This document shows positions 35,106 through 54,741 of a DNA stretch of 64,000 nt, piece by piece (positions within the stretch are counted from its first letter, which is position 1; each line of letters opens with the position of its first letter). The DNA is from the human T2T-CHM13v2.0 reference genome, Homo sapiens. The position numbers were made by a program, and so were the translations under genes. Location: NCBI RefSeq assembly GCF_009914755.1, contig NC_060926.1; one strand, given 5' to 3'. Under the pieces are notes generated by a model, which was not told where the DNA came from, made no database searches, and saw nothing but the letters and a program-made list of their open reading frames with translations.

Positions 35106-37896
35106 TTTAAAAAGACGCTACCCGTTTACATTCTCAGCGTGAGTAGAAGAAACTGCCCATGTCCCTTCACCTTTCCCAGTATTCAATATTATATTTTTAA
35201 TTGTTGTCAATAAAATGGGCAAAAAACGCCATCTTGTTCTGACTTGTATTCCCTTAATTACTACTGAAGATAGGCATTTTGTCTATCTATTTCTTCTGCA
35301 ATTACCTGTTTATATCTTTTATCCATTAGTTTTGTCTCTTTTTATTATTTATAAGAGCTCCTTATGTATTTTGGATATTCCTTTTTGTTATATTATAATA
35401 GAATATATTAAAATATGTTACAGTTTGTGAAGATTTTTTTCCAGTCTGTTGCTTGTCATTCAGTTTTGTTTTTTACCTGTTATGCGGTCAAATCGGTTGA
35501 TATTGTCCTCTACAGCTTCTGGGTTCTGTATCTGTGTTAAGGAGGATTTCCAACCCAGTTTTTAGGTCACACAGAATACTGGAATTGCAACAGGTTATGA
35601 GGAAATGGCAGTTTCCTAATATTCTCAGCTCAGCTCATCCCAAATTAGCTGTGGAAGGGGGTTCCCTGGGCTTGCTGGTCTCCAAGGGAACTCCTGCTGT
35701 GACTCCTGTTGCCACGCGACTCGGGCCAGGGTTGACTGCTCCTTTCTAACAGAGTCCCCAGTGTGTCCTGAGCACAGTTGAGACAGGCAGGAACTTGGAC
35801 AGAAACTTTTGTTCAATAGTAAGGAAGAACAATGGAAAAATAAACACGGAAAATACAGGGCATTTAACCAGGCTGGCCTATCAATGGATAAGGCTTGGAT
35901 TGCACCATAACTGTTCATAGCTTGCTCTGCAGAACTTAGAAACTCCACTCCGTTTCATATGAATTTCTTTTCTCTGTCTCTTCATTCCCAATGGTCTATT
36001 TGACATCCACTACCCAGCAATGCCTTCCTAGCCCTCCTGATGCTTCCTCACCCAGACTGAGGGTCCAGGCCTCCTTCTTTTCTCTGAGATCCATCTCCTC
36101 AAGTTTCAGTTTTTTATTTGAGGAATCTGCCTCTTCCTCAAGAATTAATTCACCTTTCAGATGCAACTTTACCCTCTCCACCCATAGCTAGTGCTGGAAA
36201 AGGACCATTTTTGTCTTTTGACCATGTGGCTTTTGTAATTACTCTTTTAATTATAACTATTATTTTAAGGACTAACTATGTGCTAGGCAGCACGCTTTAT
36301 AGAGATTATCTTAATTCTTGAAACAGCCTTTTGCTTACGGTAATATTACTATGCCCATTTTACAGGTGATGTAATGAGGACTCATATATATGCACATGGA
36401 GTGAATAAATGAATTAAGGAATGGATGGGTGAAAACAACGAACTGTGAATGGTCCAGCCATCACCAATAAGACACGTAACAACTTTTCCCATCTCGCTTC
36501 ACGCTGCCAGGCAACGCAGGCTGGCATTGTTGTAGTGAGTTGCTTCTGTTCCACACAAGCCAGGATTTAATAACAGAATAAAGGAATGAACTCGCAATAC
36601 AAAGGTGTCATTATCTTTGTAAACTCCTCTACTATAAAGGGTACAGGGTTTAATGGTTTATGAAATAGAGTTTCATCCTAAGTTTCATTCATGGTTCTGG
36701 TAATAATTCCCAGAGTGAATGAGAAAATTGCCGAACCCCTCTGTGAGTCAGTTGCCTCATACACAAAATAGAATTAATGAAGCTTGGTTGTCATTAAGGC
36801 TTCTTAAGATCTGCAGATGAAAGATACTGCATTCATCCAACACAAATTATTCACCAGTATACTATGAAAGACTCTCAGAAGAGAAAGCTCTGGTCACAGC
36901 TCAGAAGTGCACTTAGAAGTAAATGGTAAGTCACTGCAAAAATATGTACCGTGTAAATGTATATATTTGAGAATGGTGGTCCCGAGAAATGACTTGGAGG
37001 ATCCTGGAAAACTAAGTTTGTTTCTGGCTCTGCCAGTTTGGCAGGGGACCTTGATGTCATACCTGGCAATCTCATTTTCCCCATTAGTGAAATAGAAGTG
37101 GCTCTGTGATGCTTTATGTGATTTTCCTGCTCAAAAACTTTCACTGGGTCTCCTATGATTGTGCGTGAAATCCTCAGCCTGGAATCTGGTCTTTCTACAG
37201 ATGTCAACACCTCCCTTTTCAGACTTTTCTTCCAGTGTTCCTCTTCTCTTTTTCTCAAAATGGAACACCCTTGGCTGATTCCTCTTTGGTTAAGACGATT
37301 TCCACCCATGTGGAACGGCACCTCTCTGCCCCTCTCCACCCGTGAAGTCCCTACTCATCCCTCATGGAGGCCCCTCTTCCTTGAGTGAAGGCTTGATTCT
37401 TACTGGGTTCTAGATCCCCTTTAGCCTTTAACAAAATATTTAGCAAAGTGCTTGCCTCACATGCATGAGAAGAACAATATTTCCATTTCCCTTTCAATGC
37501 TTTTCACATCCAAAACCTTGGGTCTGTTGTTAGTCCAGAGTAAATTAGTAATTTCCCATTATTAACCATGAAGAATACTTTTCTACTATTCCACTCTCCA
37601 AAAGCTTCAGTTCAGCAAAACTATAAACTGTGTAGGATGTATCATTCACAGAAGTAACCATGCCATTCCCACCTCTGTGCCTTTGCTGGTGCTGTCCCAC
37701 CTTCCCTAGCCTCTCCTCAGTCCTCTCCCCTCATGACCCACCCTGGAAGGCATTCTTCTCTCAGGCCAGTTTCCTATCTCCTGCTTTCCTTCTACATTCA
37801 ATTTGAGCATCGTGCTTGCGGGTTCTGTGGTAGATACAAAAGGAACTGAGTATGGGTTCTTTCTACACAGAGTTTGCAGTCAAGAATTGTTGATGC

Positions 37897-38030
37897 AAGC
37901 TAGAAATAGTGGCGTATGCCTGTAGTCCTAGCTAACTGGGAGGCTGAGGCAAGAGAATCACTTGGGTCCAGGAGTCTGAGTTTAGCCTGGGCAACATAGT
38001 GAGACACCGTCCCTAAAAAGAAACAAAAAA
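37897..38030 (+). mobile_element. FLAM-like Alu monomer
   Basis: ~130-bp monomer. Confidence 0.8.
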
Positions 38031-38250
38031 TGTTTAAGGAATTGTTGATTGAATAGATACTCAGTGTATTTTTAATGGTTGAATGGTTGAGTGAATGTAT
38101 AAATGGAAAAACACAAATAATTTTAATTCAACAAACATAAGTGCCTGAAGAGATTCACAGATAACATACTGATGCAAGAGATGTCTTCCAGCAGGGGAAT
38201 CAGGGAAAAGAGGTGACACGTGGTCTGGGTCCTTAAAAGTTAGCAGAGTT

Positions 38251-40014
<1,764 letters not shown>

Positions 40015-41559
40015 TTCAGCAGAGTTTGGAAACAGAAAGAGAGAACATTCCTCCAGGCAGAATGAGGCCAGGAGTGGGAAAGTAGGAAGTAAATAAAAGG
40101 AAAAATGAGTGATGACTAGGGAAAAGGGCATACAGGTGGTCAGAAAGAGGATGGGGGGTAGTCAGTGGAAAGCAGATGAGGGAAAGCCCAGGTCCTGTAC
40201 TAACTTGCAATGTGATGTCAAAGAAACTACCACAGTGCCGTCCTCCAGGACTCACTGCAGTTGCAAATGTTAACATAGGATACCATCCAAGGGCTTTCTG
40301 ATCGCACCACCCTCTGCTACTGTCGCGCTATGTAGGCAGGCAGGTGGGAGGGAACCTTGCAGCAGTCATGGGCAAGATCGTGTGGAACTTGCGACACAGC
40401 AGAGAGGAAGAAAGCCAGTTTGGGGGATATTTTACTCATCCACAGGCCACCATTTGTAATTAGGTGGTATATGATCATGATTAATTAAAAACTTACAAAG
40501 CATACAAAGAAGAAAACTGTAGTTAAAGTGATTGATCATTAGAATACTGGGATACACTTAGTTTCCATAAAAGCCTGCCTTATTGCAAAATGAGGACCCA
40601 CTTTAAACTTCCCGGCATTTAGAGTGGCATTTTGATGGCCACGGTTGCCTTTGTCATATTCCATTTGCCTTAAACAAAGTTGGAGCCTCCAAGAAGTGAG
40701 CATGGAAGAGGACAGTCCACCAAAAGTCAGAGCTGCAAGGCTGGGAGGGTGGGCTGGTCAAGGTCCTATCTCCGAACAGGCAGCGAGCAGTGGGGATGAG
40801 GCCACCTGCAATAGAGTCAGAGAAACATGGTTCCAGGCCTGTCTGTCCCTTTTTACCTCTGTGGCCTCAGGCAAATTAACTCACCTCTCTGAGCTTCAAT
40901 TTCTCTTTTAGGATTCTGGTGAGGAACAAGTAAGAGAAGGCTCAGACAGCGTTCGGCCTATGGAAAGGTACTCCAGAAAGGCTGGCTCCTTCTCACCTGG
41001 CAGAAGCTGATAGGATTCCAGCTGTTGTTTCTTTCATTCATTCATTTTCTCATTTGTTTGTTCAACAAAGATATTTATATCCTGGTAATACAGTGAAGAA
41101 CAACAGAGAAATAATCCCTGTTGGCCATTATCAAACTAATGATCTAATGGAGAGGGACAGATATTAAACAGCCACTTACTGGCTGTGTGACCTTGAGCAA
41201 GTCACAAACTGCTGAACTCTTCCCTACTGGTAAAAGCTACACCACAGACTTGATTTCTGCATTAAAATAAGAAAATGTATGTGAAGGGGCCATGCAAATA
41301 TAGGACTGCGGGCACACTTCCGAAGTCTGTAACCTGCGACAACCCCCAGCTTGGGTTTGGGCATGGAAGAGGAGGGGAAGGGACCCATCAGGATGACCCC
41401 CAGGTCTCACTAAGCTCCATCGGTGAAGTAACAAGATTAGTTATTGTATCTAAATGCTGTGAATTTATTTTAAGGTAGATAAAGATGGATGAGTTTAAAA
41501 AAAAAAAAAACCAGAAGCAAGTGGTAGGTTAGTTTGCATTGATTCTTTTGCCCTTTTCC

Positions 41560-41701
41560 AGAAGGGAGAAAGGGAGGGAAGGAGGGAGGAAGGCAGAAAG
41601 GGATGGAGGAAGGGAGGGAGGGAGAGAAGGGAGGGACAGGAAGGGAAGGGAAGGGGGGGGAGGGAGGGAGGGAGGTAGGAAGGAAGGAAGGAAGGAAGGA
41701 A
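41560..41701 (+). repeat. (GGGA/GGAA)n purine tract
   Basis: Low-complexity G/A run. Confidence 0.9.
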
Positions 41702-42370
41702 ATGTGCAACTACTACTACTCAGAAGCTGAATGCCAATGACCACTGTCTTCAGGTCTTTGGATTCTTATTGACATTCGCATGGATAGTGTTTAAACAGAG
41801 GGTGGGCTGTTATACACACAGTCATTGTTTGCTGTGGCCCAGCAGGATCTACAAGGGAAGGCCGTTCAAACCTCAACATTGATCACCCGGTGCAGAGGAC
41901 GTGGCGGCCTCGTGTTTGAAGGAAAGTGGTAAACTTTGCTTTCATCAGCTCCGCCACAACCCTCAAAGAAATAGCCCTGAGACTCTGCAGGCCAGATGAG
42001 AGCTGAGAGCTCGGAAGAACTCAGTAGAGCAGAGATACTGTGGAAGTGAGACCCCAGCCCCAGAGCTTCATGCTATTGGAAGTGGTGGGAATTTCCAGAG
42101 CATCAGAGGCATCAGCCCTCGCGTAGAATCCCCACTCTCACTCCAAGACAAGAAAGTGACTTAGTGATGAGTGCAGGAGCACTCCCTTCTGGTGCCTCCA
42201 AGAATGAAAGCCGGCTGTCCTGGCTTTCTCTGTGGCCACATCCTTGGTATAAGGCAGAGTGGTATTTAGTGGACCTATTTACTAAACAACAAAATGGGGT
42301 GAATGCCTACCATGCATCAAGGACCAAGACTGGCACCAAGGGGAATGCCAAGATAAGAAAGGCAAGGTCT

Positions 42371-42906
<536 letters not shown>

Positions 42907-42909
42907 CTA

Positions 42910-43410
42910 GCTTCTAGAGCCACTGTCCACCCTGCTCTGCGCCCCAGGGGCTGACCTCTATGGACTGCCTACTCTGGGCTCTCTGTGGTCTATCTTCTGG
43001 TTGAGCTCTGCCCAAAGGGAGAGCTGGAAAGAGATTGGGGGTGAGGACAGGGTTTTAACCCCCTAAATCCCTGGAAAGAGATTGGGGGTGAGGACAAGGT
43101 TTTAACCCCCTAAATCCCTGGAAAGAGATTGGGGGTGAGGACAGGGTTTCTTCCCCTCTGCCCCAGCTTGACCTCTGGCAGCAGCTCTGCACCTCAATCC
43201 CTGCAGCTCCGCGGACTGCATTCCATTGCTCACTGGGCCTCAGGGAGGTTATGTCCTCTCTCTGCCCTCCTGACCTCAGCTTCTCACTGTCGCTGGGGTC
43301 TCAGTGCCTCAACATTTCTTGTCTTCCTTTAATTCTGTCTACACCTCTGGAAAGAGCTCCTCTATGGAAACCATCTGAGTTAGTTCTATTTCCTGAAGAG
43401 ACCCAACTTA
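42910..43410. mobile_element. Old ERVL LTR (LTR33-like)
   Basis: ccctgctctgcgccccagg-ggctgacctctatggactgc motif; family call tentative. Confidence 0.45.
43024..43149 (+). repeat. 47-bp minisatellite, ~2.7 copies
   Basis: Unit CTGGAAAGAGATTGGGGGTGAGGACAGGGTTTTAACCCCCTAAATCC at 43024, 43071 and 43118; one mismatch. Confidence 0.95.
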
Positions 43411-45512
43411 TTCAGTAAATTAGAGGCAATCACAGAACTCGTCATAGTCAGATTCCTCCACTATGAAATGGAAATAGTAGCAATACTTAGTATCTAGCAC
43501 AGTTCAGTGCCTGGACATTGGCCCTCATACATGTTGGCTGCTTAAATTAGTGAATACCTGAATGAATTAATGGCTAAGAGGATTAATGATGATGTTAACA
43601 TACAAGGTGTGAGAATATGGGTTTTTATAATTCTTACAAGTGGCAAATGAATGTAATAGTATCAACTTTCTTGATATTGTAAACTGGGCATGAGTCTGGA
43701 ATCAGGAAAGCTAGCCCCATTCGTTTATTGTGTGATTTTGGGCAAATTATTTTCCCATTCTGTACCTCTGTTTTCTCCCCTATAAAACAAAAGGGCTGAA
43801 GGTAATAACCTGTAAGAACCCATCCGTCTTGGCCATCCTATCAAGTACTGAGCATTCAAGAGAACTGTACAATAATTTGCATTGGAGAAGCCAAGGAAGG
43901 CCTCAGGAAAGAAGCAGGAACTTGAAGAATAGAATAATAACTAGAATAGCGGAAGGATCTCCCAGGTGAGCAAGACTGGAGCAGGGGAAAGGTGGGAGAG
44001 GCCTGCCAATGCTGGTGACCATGAAGGACATCTGGCTGGATCAGAAGTTGGCTATGGGGACGTAAGAGGGAAAGGCTGGGGACATAGGCTAGGGACACAT
44101 ACGAAGGACCTTGACCACCAGGCCAAGAAACTCAAAGGACCCGCAAAAGGAAGGGTTCTGACTTCCTCAAGGCCCCAAAGCTAGCACAGAACTAGACTTG
44201 AGGTTTCCTCTGCTCAGCCCCGAGTTGATCAAGATCTGCCTCTTCAACTCCTGAGGGCAGCTGCCTTCTCCCTTTTGTGATTCCTTTCTTTGAAGGTCAC
44301 TTGTCAAATGAGGGACGAGGGAAAATTTATTGAGTGAGGAAACCATTTGGTAAGGGATATTTTTGGCACAACAAGTCCTTGGCAAAGGACTTGTTCCTGT
44401 CATTATTCTCCTTATGTTTTAAAATCTGTTAGTTTGCCATAAAGTCAAAGGCAAGATCATCAAAAGAAAGTGATTCGCTTTTTTTTGATTACTGAAAAAA
44501 AGTGAATCTAGAAAAAATATGAGTCTTGAGCAACAATATTAATTGGAGGGTCCTGGACGTGAAGTCATAAGTATTTGAAAAAAAAATGATTAAAATTAAC
44601 AATGAGAAAAATAATGCAAAACTACTGTAAGATAAGTGGAGTTATTTGAAAAATGTGTCCAGCTGTGTGAATTTAGGCAACTCCCTTCCCTTCTTGGGCC
44701 TCAGTTTCCCCATACGTCAAATAAAGGAGTTAAACACGAGGATGAGGTCTAGAAGCCTGTCCTGCCCCGACAGGGCCCATGGCTCCCATTTCACCACTCT
44801 TTTTCCTCTGTTGAGAACAGCATTCCTGGGAGGGCAGTTGCATCACTTTGGTGTCGGCTCCTCTGATCTCTGTCCCCTGTGTGGCCTCTCAGAGCACAGG
44901 GGCTGGAGAACTGAGGCAGCTGCTCAGCTCTGGCACTTTGTCCGGCTGCGGCCAGAGATGAAAGGATTCAGAGCCAGCCTGCAATAAAGCTGGGCCTCTG
45001 GGTAGAGGTCATCCAGACATGCCAGTCTCACTGCCACTGCTGGGAACAGGCCTCATCAAACCTGTCACAGATGCTCGCCAGGGGAGCCCCTCAACGCTTG
45101 TCCAGCCTCCAGTACACACCTTCAGGTCCCCACAGTGGTCATTCCAAGAGGCTCATCTGTGGTTTGTGTTATTCTCCAGCTCAAAGTGTTGGCAATGCTC
45201 CTGTGTTGAGCTACAGCAGTGTGTCCCTAAGAGACACCCATTCTGAGAGACACTCAGCTGCAGGAACACAGGTGTGGTCACTGAAGTTTGGAGAAGCAGC
45301 TTCTCTGTCTCTGTTTCCCTGACCTCCTTGCAGTGCACCAAGTCCTGCAGGAAAGAAACCTGTTTAGCCTCATCAAACCAAGCATATTTCCAAAATATAA
45401 TCAACCAGAGGAGTTTTTATTTTTTTGGTTTAGTAACTCCAAGAAATGTCTCACACAAATACAGTTCCCAGTAATATGCCTTGGGAAACATGGCTCTCTG
45501 GGTGATATACTT

Positions 45513-45877
<365 letters not shown>

Positions 45878-46182
45878 AAACCTTCTAGTGTTTAGGTAAG
45901 ACTAGATCAGTCTGGTCCCTGGTAACTCTTGGCCTGTTTCTCATTACTTCCCTGTGCACCCTAAATTTCAGCTCCATTGAATGACTAGTTGGTAGCTGAT
46001 GATTTGTATGAGTGAGAATGTTGCAAAAATATAAACCTGGAGAAAGAAAAAGAAAAAAAAAAAGGAAAAGGAAAACGGGGCCTTAAGCAAGCATATTACC
46101 TGAAGGATCCTAGGCTTCCAGTCAAAAGAGCCAGAAAAGTCAAAGTATACTAATTATTTGCTCACTTTTTTATTGTCAATAA

Positions 46183-46551
<369 letters not shown>

Positions 46552-47347
46552 TCCCTCCTTTCTTTACTTATGAAAACGTACTTATCTTTTAAAGGTTTAC
46601 TTAAATGCCACCTCTGCTGTGAGCCCATCCCAAATTCCATGTAAGAGTCTATTACTCATTACTCTGTGCTCCCATTGCACTTCCCATGGACTTTTATTAG
46701 AGTATTTTCATTCTCCTTTCCCTGATGTGCATAAAATAGCTATGAATTATTGGCCTCCTCTGTGCCACTATTAGGTTATAGGCAAACGGCATACTGGCTA
46801 AAAAATAAATAAAGACAGTTTCTGTTCTCTGTGCTTTCAGGTCCCCTCCCCTCACTGAGAGCTTCTTGGATCCTGTCCTGGGAACTTTCTCCTCATGCAC
46901 TGCTTTATCCTGAGTCTGTCTCCACTGCTCTGTGGAAACCTGCACATTAACTTGCTTCCTATGAAGAAAATCTGTTGAAATAAAAAAGAAAATGGTTCTG
47001 AGCCCTAAAAGGAAGGACAATGAGGTATTAATTAGCAACAGTTCCCAAATCAGGGATTTAATTATTTGGCATTCAGACAGTCAGAAAGGAAATTGAGAGT
47101 AAGGAAATAAGCAAAAAATGTCCTATGTGAATAGGCAGAGAGGCAGAGCAGATGTCATAAAGCCTGTGCACTGCATTTTAGCCTTTTGCTCAAGTCTTTA
47201 TCTTCTAGACCCAATCCTAACAAACCAATGATGTATTAGGAAAAAGCAGACAAAACGCATGGCGTAGTGATGCTGGGACACTACCAGAAATAATAGGGTG
47301 TGAGAGGAGTGGATGCCATAGAATTAATGCAGAAGAAAAACAGATTG

Positions 47348-47361
47348 GAGCCCTCTAGCGG
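47348..47361 (-). promoter_or_regulatory. Candidate CTCF site
   Basis: Minus strand CCGCTAGAGGGCTC, close to the CCASYAGRKGGC core. Confidence 0.5.
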
Positions 47362-47495
47362 GGGGGCAAATAGTCCTCTAGTCCTCCGAGCTTCCACCAT
47401 CTCCACCTCCATGGACAGCACTACATGGTGCCCAGCATTGACAATCACAGAGATGCCCGAATTATCAGGAACATGTTAAACTACCTGCTAGATCA

Positions 47496-47820
<325 letters not shown>

Positions 47821-47959
47821 GCGGGGGAGGGCAGCCAAGTGTATATAAGCTATTTGAAAAAAAAACAAAGTTTTAAAAATTATGTGTTTGTTCAAAAGGT
47901 TAAGATTTTCCCCAAGATATTCTCACAGTTTGTGCCCCTTCTTCTCAGGTCTTTGTTCA

Positions 47960-48688
<729 letters not shown>

Positions 48689-48880
48689 TAACCATATTTT
48701 TTTATACCACTTATCACCTAATATAATATATAACCGAGTGGTTATTATCCATGTCTAGCGTCCCCCAAAAATGTAAACTCCATGAGAGTAGACGTTGGTC
48801 TGTCTGTTTAGTTTCCTGCTGTGTTATGGGGAAACTGTGCGTCTGGCACCTATAGGCCTTCATTATTATTATGATGATGA

Positions 48881-49508
<628 letters not shown>

Positions 49509-50560
49509 TGAGTGAATAAATTTAGTTATTTGGAAGACATATTTACATTGTTAAAAGTCATTCTATGGAAATACTGGCTAAGGGCACAACAATTATATGA
49601 GAATTTTTTAACACAGGGCATATTAATTCATTGGCAAGTATTTATCAAGGTCACACTCTATGCAGATGCTGTGCATTGGAGATTTGCTTATTTTGTTTCC
49701 ACCCACACTTTTGAGTTCCTAAAGCCTTTACCAAGTATTCCACATGCAGAGTCACTGACACACTACACATCCATGCACACATGCACGTGCACACACACAG
49801 ACACACACACAGACCTGACACTCTGGTTCCTTCTTGTAGCCATGCTTCGATCTTATCAGCTCTCTTATGTAAAAGTTTGACAAGTCTGGTCTATGTCGCC
49901 TTCAGAAAATTCTTAGAAATAGGAAATGATTATATTGATTAGAAATGATAATGTTTTCCCAGGAGTGAGCCTAGAATCATTATTTAACCACCGTTTATTG
50001 TAATGTTGGAGGCAGACATTGGATCTTGAGGAGTACACTGGGCATAGAGCAAAAACTTGAGTCCTAGCCCTGGATCCATCATTTAAGAACTGAATGATTC
50101 TGGCAAGTGACTTAACCACAAATAGCTAGTTCAGAGGTCTTTTTTTTTTTTTTTACAGGATTTGTAAGTTATAAAGTGCTACACAATTTTAAGGAATCAT
50201 CATTATTTTGTTGAAAAGTAAAATAATGTATGACACAGCACTAGAATTAGGGATGAGATCCTGGTGATTCATGACTCTTGATATGCATGGGTATCAGTCT
50301 TGCTATCTCAGACAACTTCTGATGGAATTTGCTGTGCAACCTTCACATTTACAACCTCAGTTTCATCATGTGCAAAACAAGGTTTCTACCTAGTTCCAGC
50401 ATGCTGGGATGATTTCTCTGACTGATTACAACTGACAGGATCAGTAAGTCTGTAGCAGGAATTGGGATGGATTCCCGTTGGCCCTGAAGCCTGGCGTGAT
50501 GTTTCTCTAAGCGTGAAACTAAACTTTCTTAATTCATGCCCTCATTCATTCATTCAATAA

Positions 50561-50964
<404 letters not shown>

Positions 50965-51636
50965 GGTGTACACACTAGGAGCCGTGAGGAGAGAGGAGCA
51001 AGGTTCAGGGGCCCACAGAGGCAGGCTTGCTCACTTTGTCTAGGAGAAACAGATGGGGCTTTGCACGGAGAAAACGTTTCAGTGGGACATCAGAGGAGAG
51101 GTGGGAATTAGCCAGGCAGGGGTGGGAAACAGGCATGGAATAATGTAGGGAAAGAATGTGGGCACACCCTGGGGTATTTCACTTTGGCAGGTGCATTGGC
51201 TGTGTGCTAGGCACTGTAGATGAAAATGCATGAATATTCAAGGCACAGAAAGCAGAAAGGATGGAGCTGATGAGGACTGGATTGTAAAATGCTTGTAGGC
51301 CATAGTTAAAACCCTTTCATGGGGACGTGTAATGGTTAAGGGCACAGACTTACTGCATTGTTGAATGCAAAAGACTACAGAGCATGTTCCCTTTGTGTAA
51401 AACTATGTACCTACACCATTCAGTCGTTCAACAGATTAACAAATACTAACTATACAAAACACTGGGGATACAGAAGCAAGTAGGACAGAATCCCTATCTC
51501 TGGGCGAAACATACCAATAAAGTGTAACAAATGTTTGATTACAGGAACGCCAAGCAGGAAGACAAATCTGGAGGATTTGGGCCAGGAGGGAATGGGCCAG
51601 GGAAGACCTCCCAGGGGAGGTGACATGTTAAGCTGA

Positions 51637-51957
<321 letters not shown>

Positions 51958-53743
51958 ATTAAGCTGAATCTTTAAGGGTGACTACGAACTGTCCGGGTGA
52001 CTCTAGTAGGAAGTATTCTAAGCAGAAATACGGGTGAAGGCCTGGAGATCTGAGGAGGTAACTGAGACTTTATCATGGCTGCCATGTAGTGTTCCGGGTG
52101 GGGGTCTATGGTAAAGAGTTTGGGTTTCACCCCAAGGGAAGCTGTTGCTGGATTTTGAGCAGGTGAGCAGTATGATAAGCTTTGTATTTTGGATATGCAT
52201 ATCTATATCCATGTAATGCACATGTCTCACCTCATCAGCTTGGTGTGCAAAATAAAGACACCCTTCCTTAATACTCAAGTCATAATGCCCAGGAGCCCCC
52301 ACCCATTCAAATTGGAGGGAGGATTATATCTCTGAGATTCACTTCTCCAGATATTTCTGAAGATTCGTCTATGAATCAGACCCCTCAGGCTTACCTTGGC
52401 TGCCACCTCCCAAAGAACATGAACTTGGCTGTGTCCTTGTAGGCTGACCCCTCCATCGATGACCTGCTTCTGCTGGCTGTGTCCAGGGTGGCCTCCCTGA
52501 AGCCACCAGAGCAGAGGCCTGGTATCTTCTCAGAGCAGCAGCCAACCAGGCAGCTGGAGGAAACCCCTGGTCTCTCCTGCAGCCAAGTGAGTGTCTTCAG
52601 GACCCTACTTGCTGCCTCTGTATTGGCTGGTGCAGGCCTATTTCACCTCAGTATCTCCCCAAGAGAAAAGGGGAGACCCTCCTCCCATGTCACATTCAGA
52701 AGAGGCCTCCTAGTAACTGGCCTGTAACTGTGACAACTCTGGTGGATCTAGGCACATAAGCAGATAGCCATTCATCAGAAGGCATGACCAAATCATCACG
52801 TGGCCATGTCAGGAGAGGCTGTAAGCTCAGCTGCAGGCCCTGTCTGGAAGCAGTGTCCCCCTCTGACCTCAGGAGGGGACACAGCCATCCTCCTGTCCAA
52901 AGATCAGTCCCAATTTCTTTCACGGCTGTCCAGGGGGAGAGCTGTTCAGGAGGATAGAGACCATTATTACCCATGCCTCTTACTTGCCATCCACATTTTG
53001 GGAGGCTGGCTGCCTGCAGCTGTCAGGGCAGCTCCTTCCCATCACAGGAACCACGTTGAGCCTCCCAAGGCCGGTCCTGGGCCTGCCCCCTCCTCCCTCA
53101 GCCCTCAGACTGGCCTAATTCCCTGCCCAGGATTATCCACTTTTCAGAATGAGTGACAATAGAAGCATCCACTTCCTGCAGGGATGCAGTACCTCCCCCA
53201 TAACCTCACAGCCGACTGACTTTGGCATATTTTGCATGATTTGGTAAATGGTATATATGCATAGAGAAACTTCTGGAGTGTTGTTTTCTCAAATTTTAAT
53301 AGCAGTGTCTCTGGAACTCAGGAGTTTTTACAATCTTCATTGTACTTTACTATGATATTTGATTTTTTTTCATTATAACTGTGCATCATACTTATAGGAA
53401 AATAATTTAAGCCTTGGAATCAGATAGCCTTTGGCAAATCAGATCATCCATTTCCTTATCTATTAAGTGGGAAAAATAATATTTCACAAGGTTATTGAGA
53501 AAAAAATCAATGCCATTTTTATTTTCATTCCTCATAACTGACATAATTGCATATATACACATCGTGTGATTATATTGTATACCCTGGTGGGTTTCTTTAA
53601 AACAGATTCCATTTTCCCTTTCTCTTTATTTTCCCCTCCCTCCCCTTCTAGTCTGTTCCACTCATGTCACGGCTCCAGGCTGAACCTGGGCCCATGACAC
53701 AACCCACATAACCATGTTGACAACCTTGAATGCACCTTCCAAG

Positions 53744-54014
53744 TTTTTTTTTTTTCCTTTTTTTTTTTTTTTTAGACAGAGTCTCTCTGTCACCCTGGCT
53801 AGAGTACAGTGGCGCAATCACGGCTCACTGCAGCCTTGATCTCTCCAAGCCCAGGTGATCTTCCCACCTCAACTTCCTGAGTAGCTGGAACTACAGGCGT
53901 GAACCACGAAGCCCAGCTAATTTTTTAATTGTTTGTAGAGATGAGGGTCTCGCTTTGTTGCCCAGGCTGGTCTCAAACTCCTGGGCCTCAAGTGATTCTC
54001 CTGCCTTGGCCTCC
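53744..54014 (-). mobile_element. AluJ, 5'-truncated
   Basis: Diverged; lacks the first ~35 nt. Confidence 0.9.
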
Positions 54015-54110
54015 CTCTTCCATGTTTTTTTCCATGGTAATTCAATAATAAAAGTATATAGCTATATTCCCACATATAAATGGTTTTTTGATCATTTTAA
54101 AAAAGAAATC

Positions 54111-54417
<307 letters not shown>

Positions 54418-54635
54418 TTATACTCAATTCCATGTATCCTATGTATCCTGCTTTTCTCACTCAACAATACTTTTTGTAACTTCATCCTAGTCACGTGGCA
54501 AAGCTCTGATTTTAATGGCTGGATTCTGTTTCATAATTTGGAGATATAATTTGTCATCTGTGCCCATGTTATCAATATTCACTTTGTTTCTAGTTTTTGC
54601 CACTATGAACAATACTACAACATGTGTGTGCACTT

Positions 54636-54741
54636 ACACACACACACACTCACACTCACACACACACTCTCACACCCACACACACTCACACCCCCCACAC
54701 ACTCACACCCACACACACTCACACCCACACACACACACACT
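54636..54741. repeat. Compound (CA)n / CACT / CACC repeat
   Basis: Degenerate CA microsatellite. Confidence 0.9.

Noticed and set aside
43024-43149. CRISPR-like array
   Set aside because: Head-to-tail tandem copies with no unique spacers, no cas genes, eukaryotic context.
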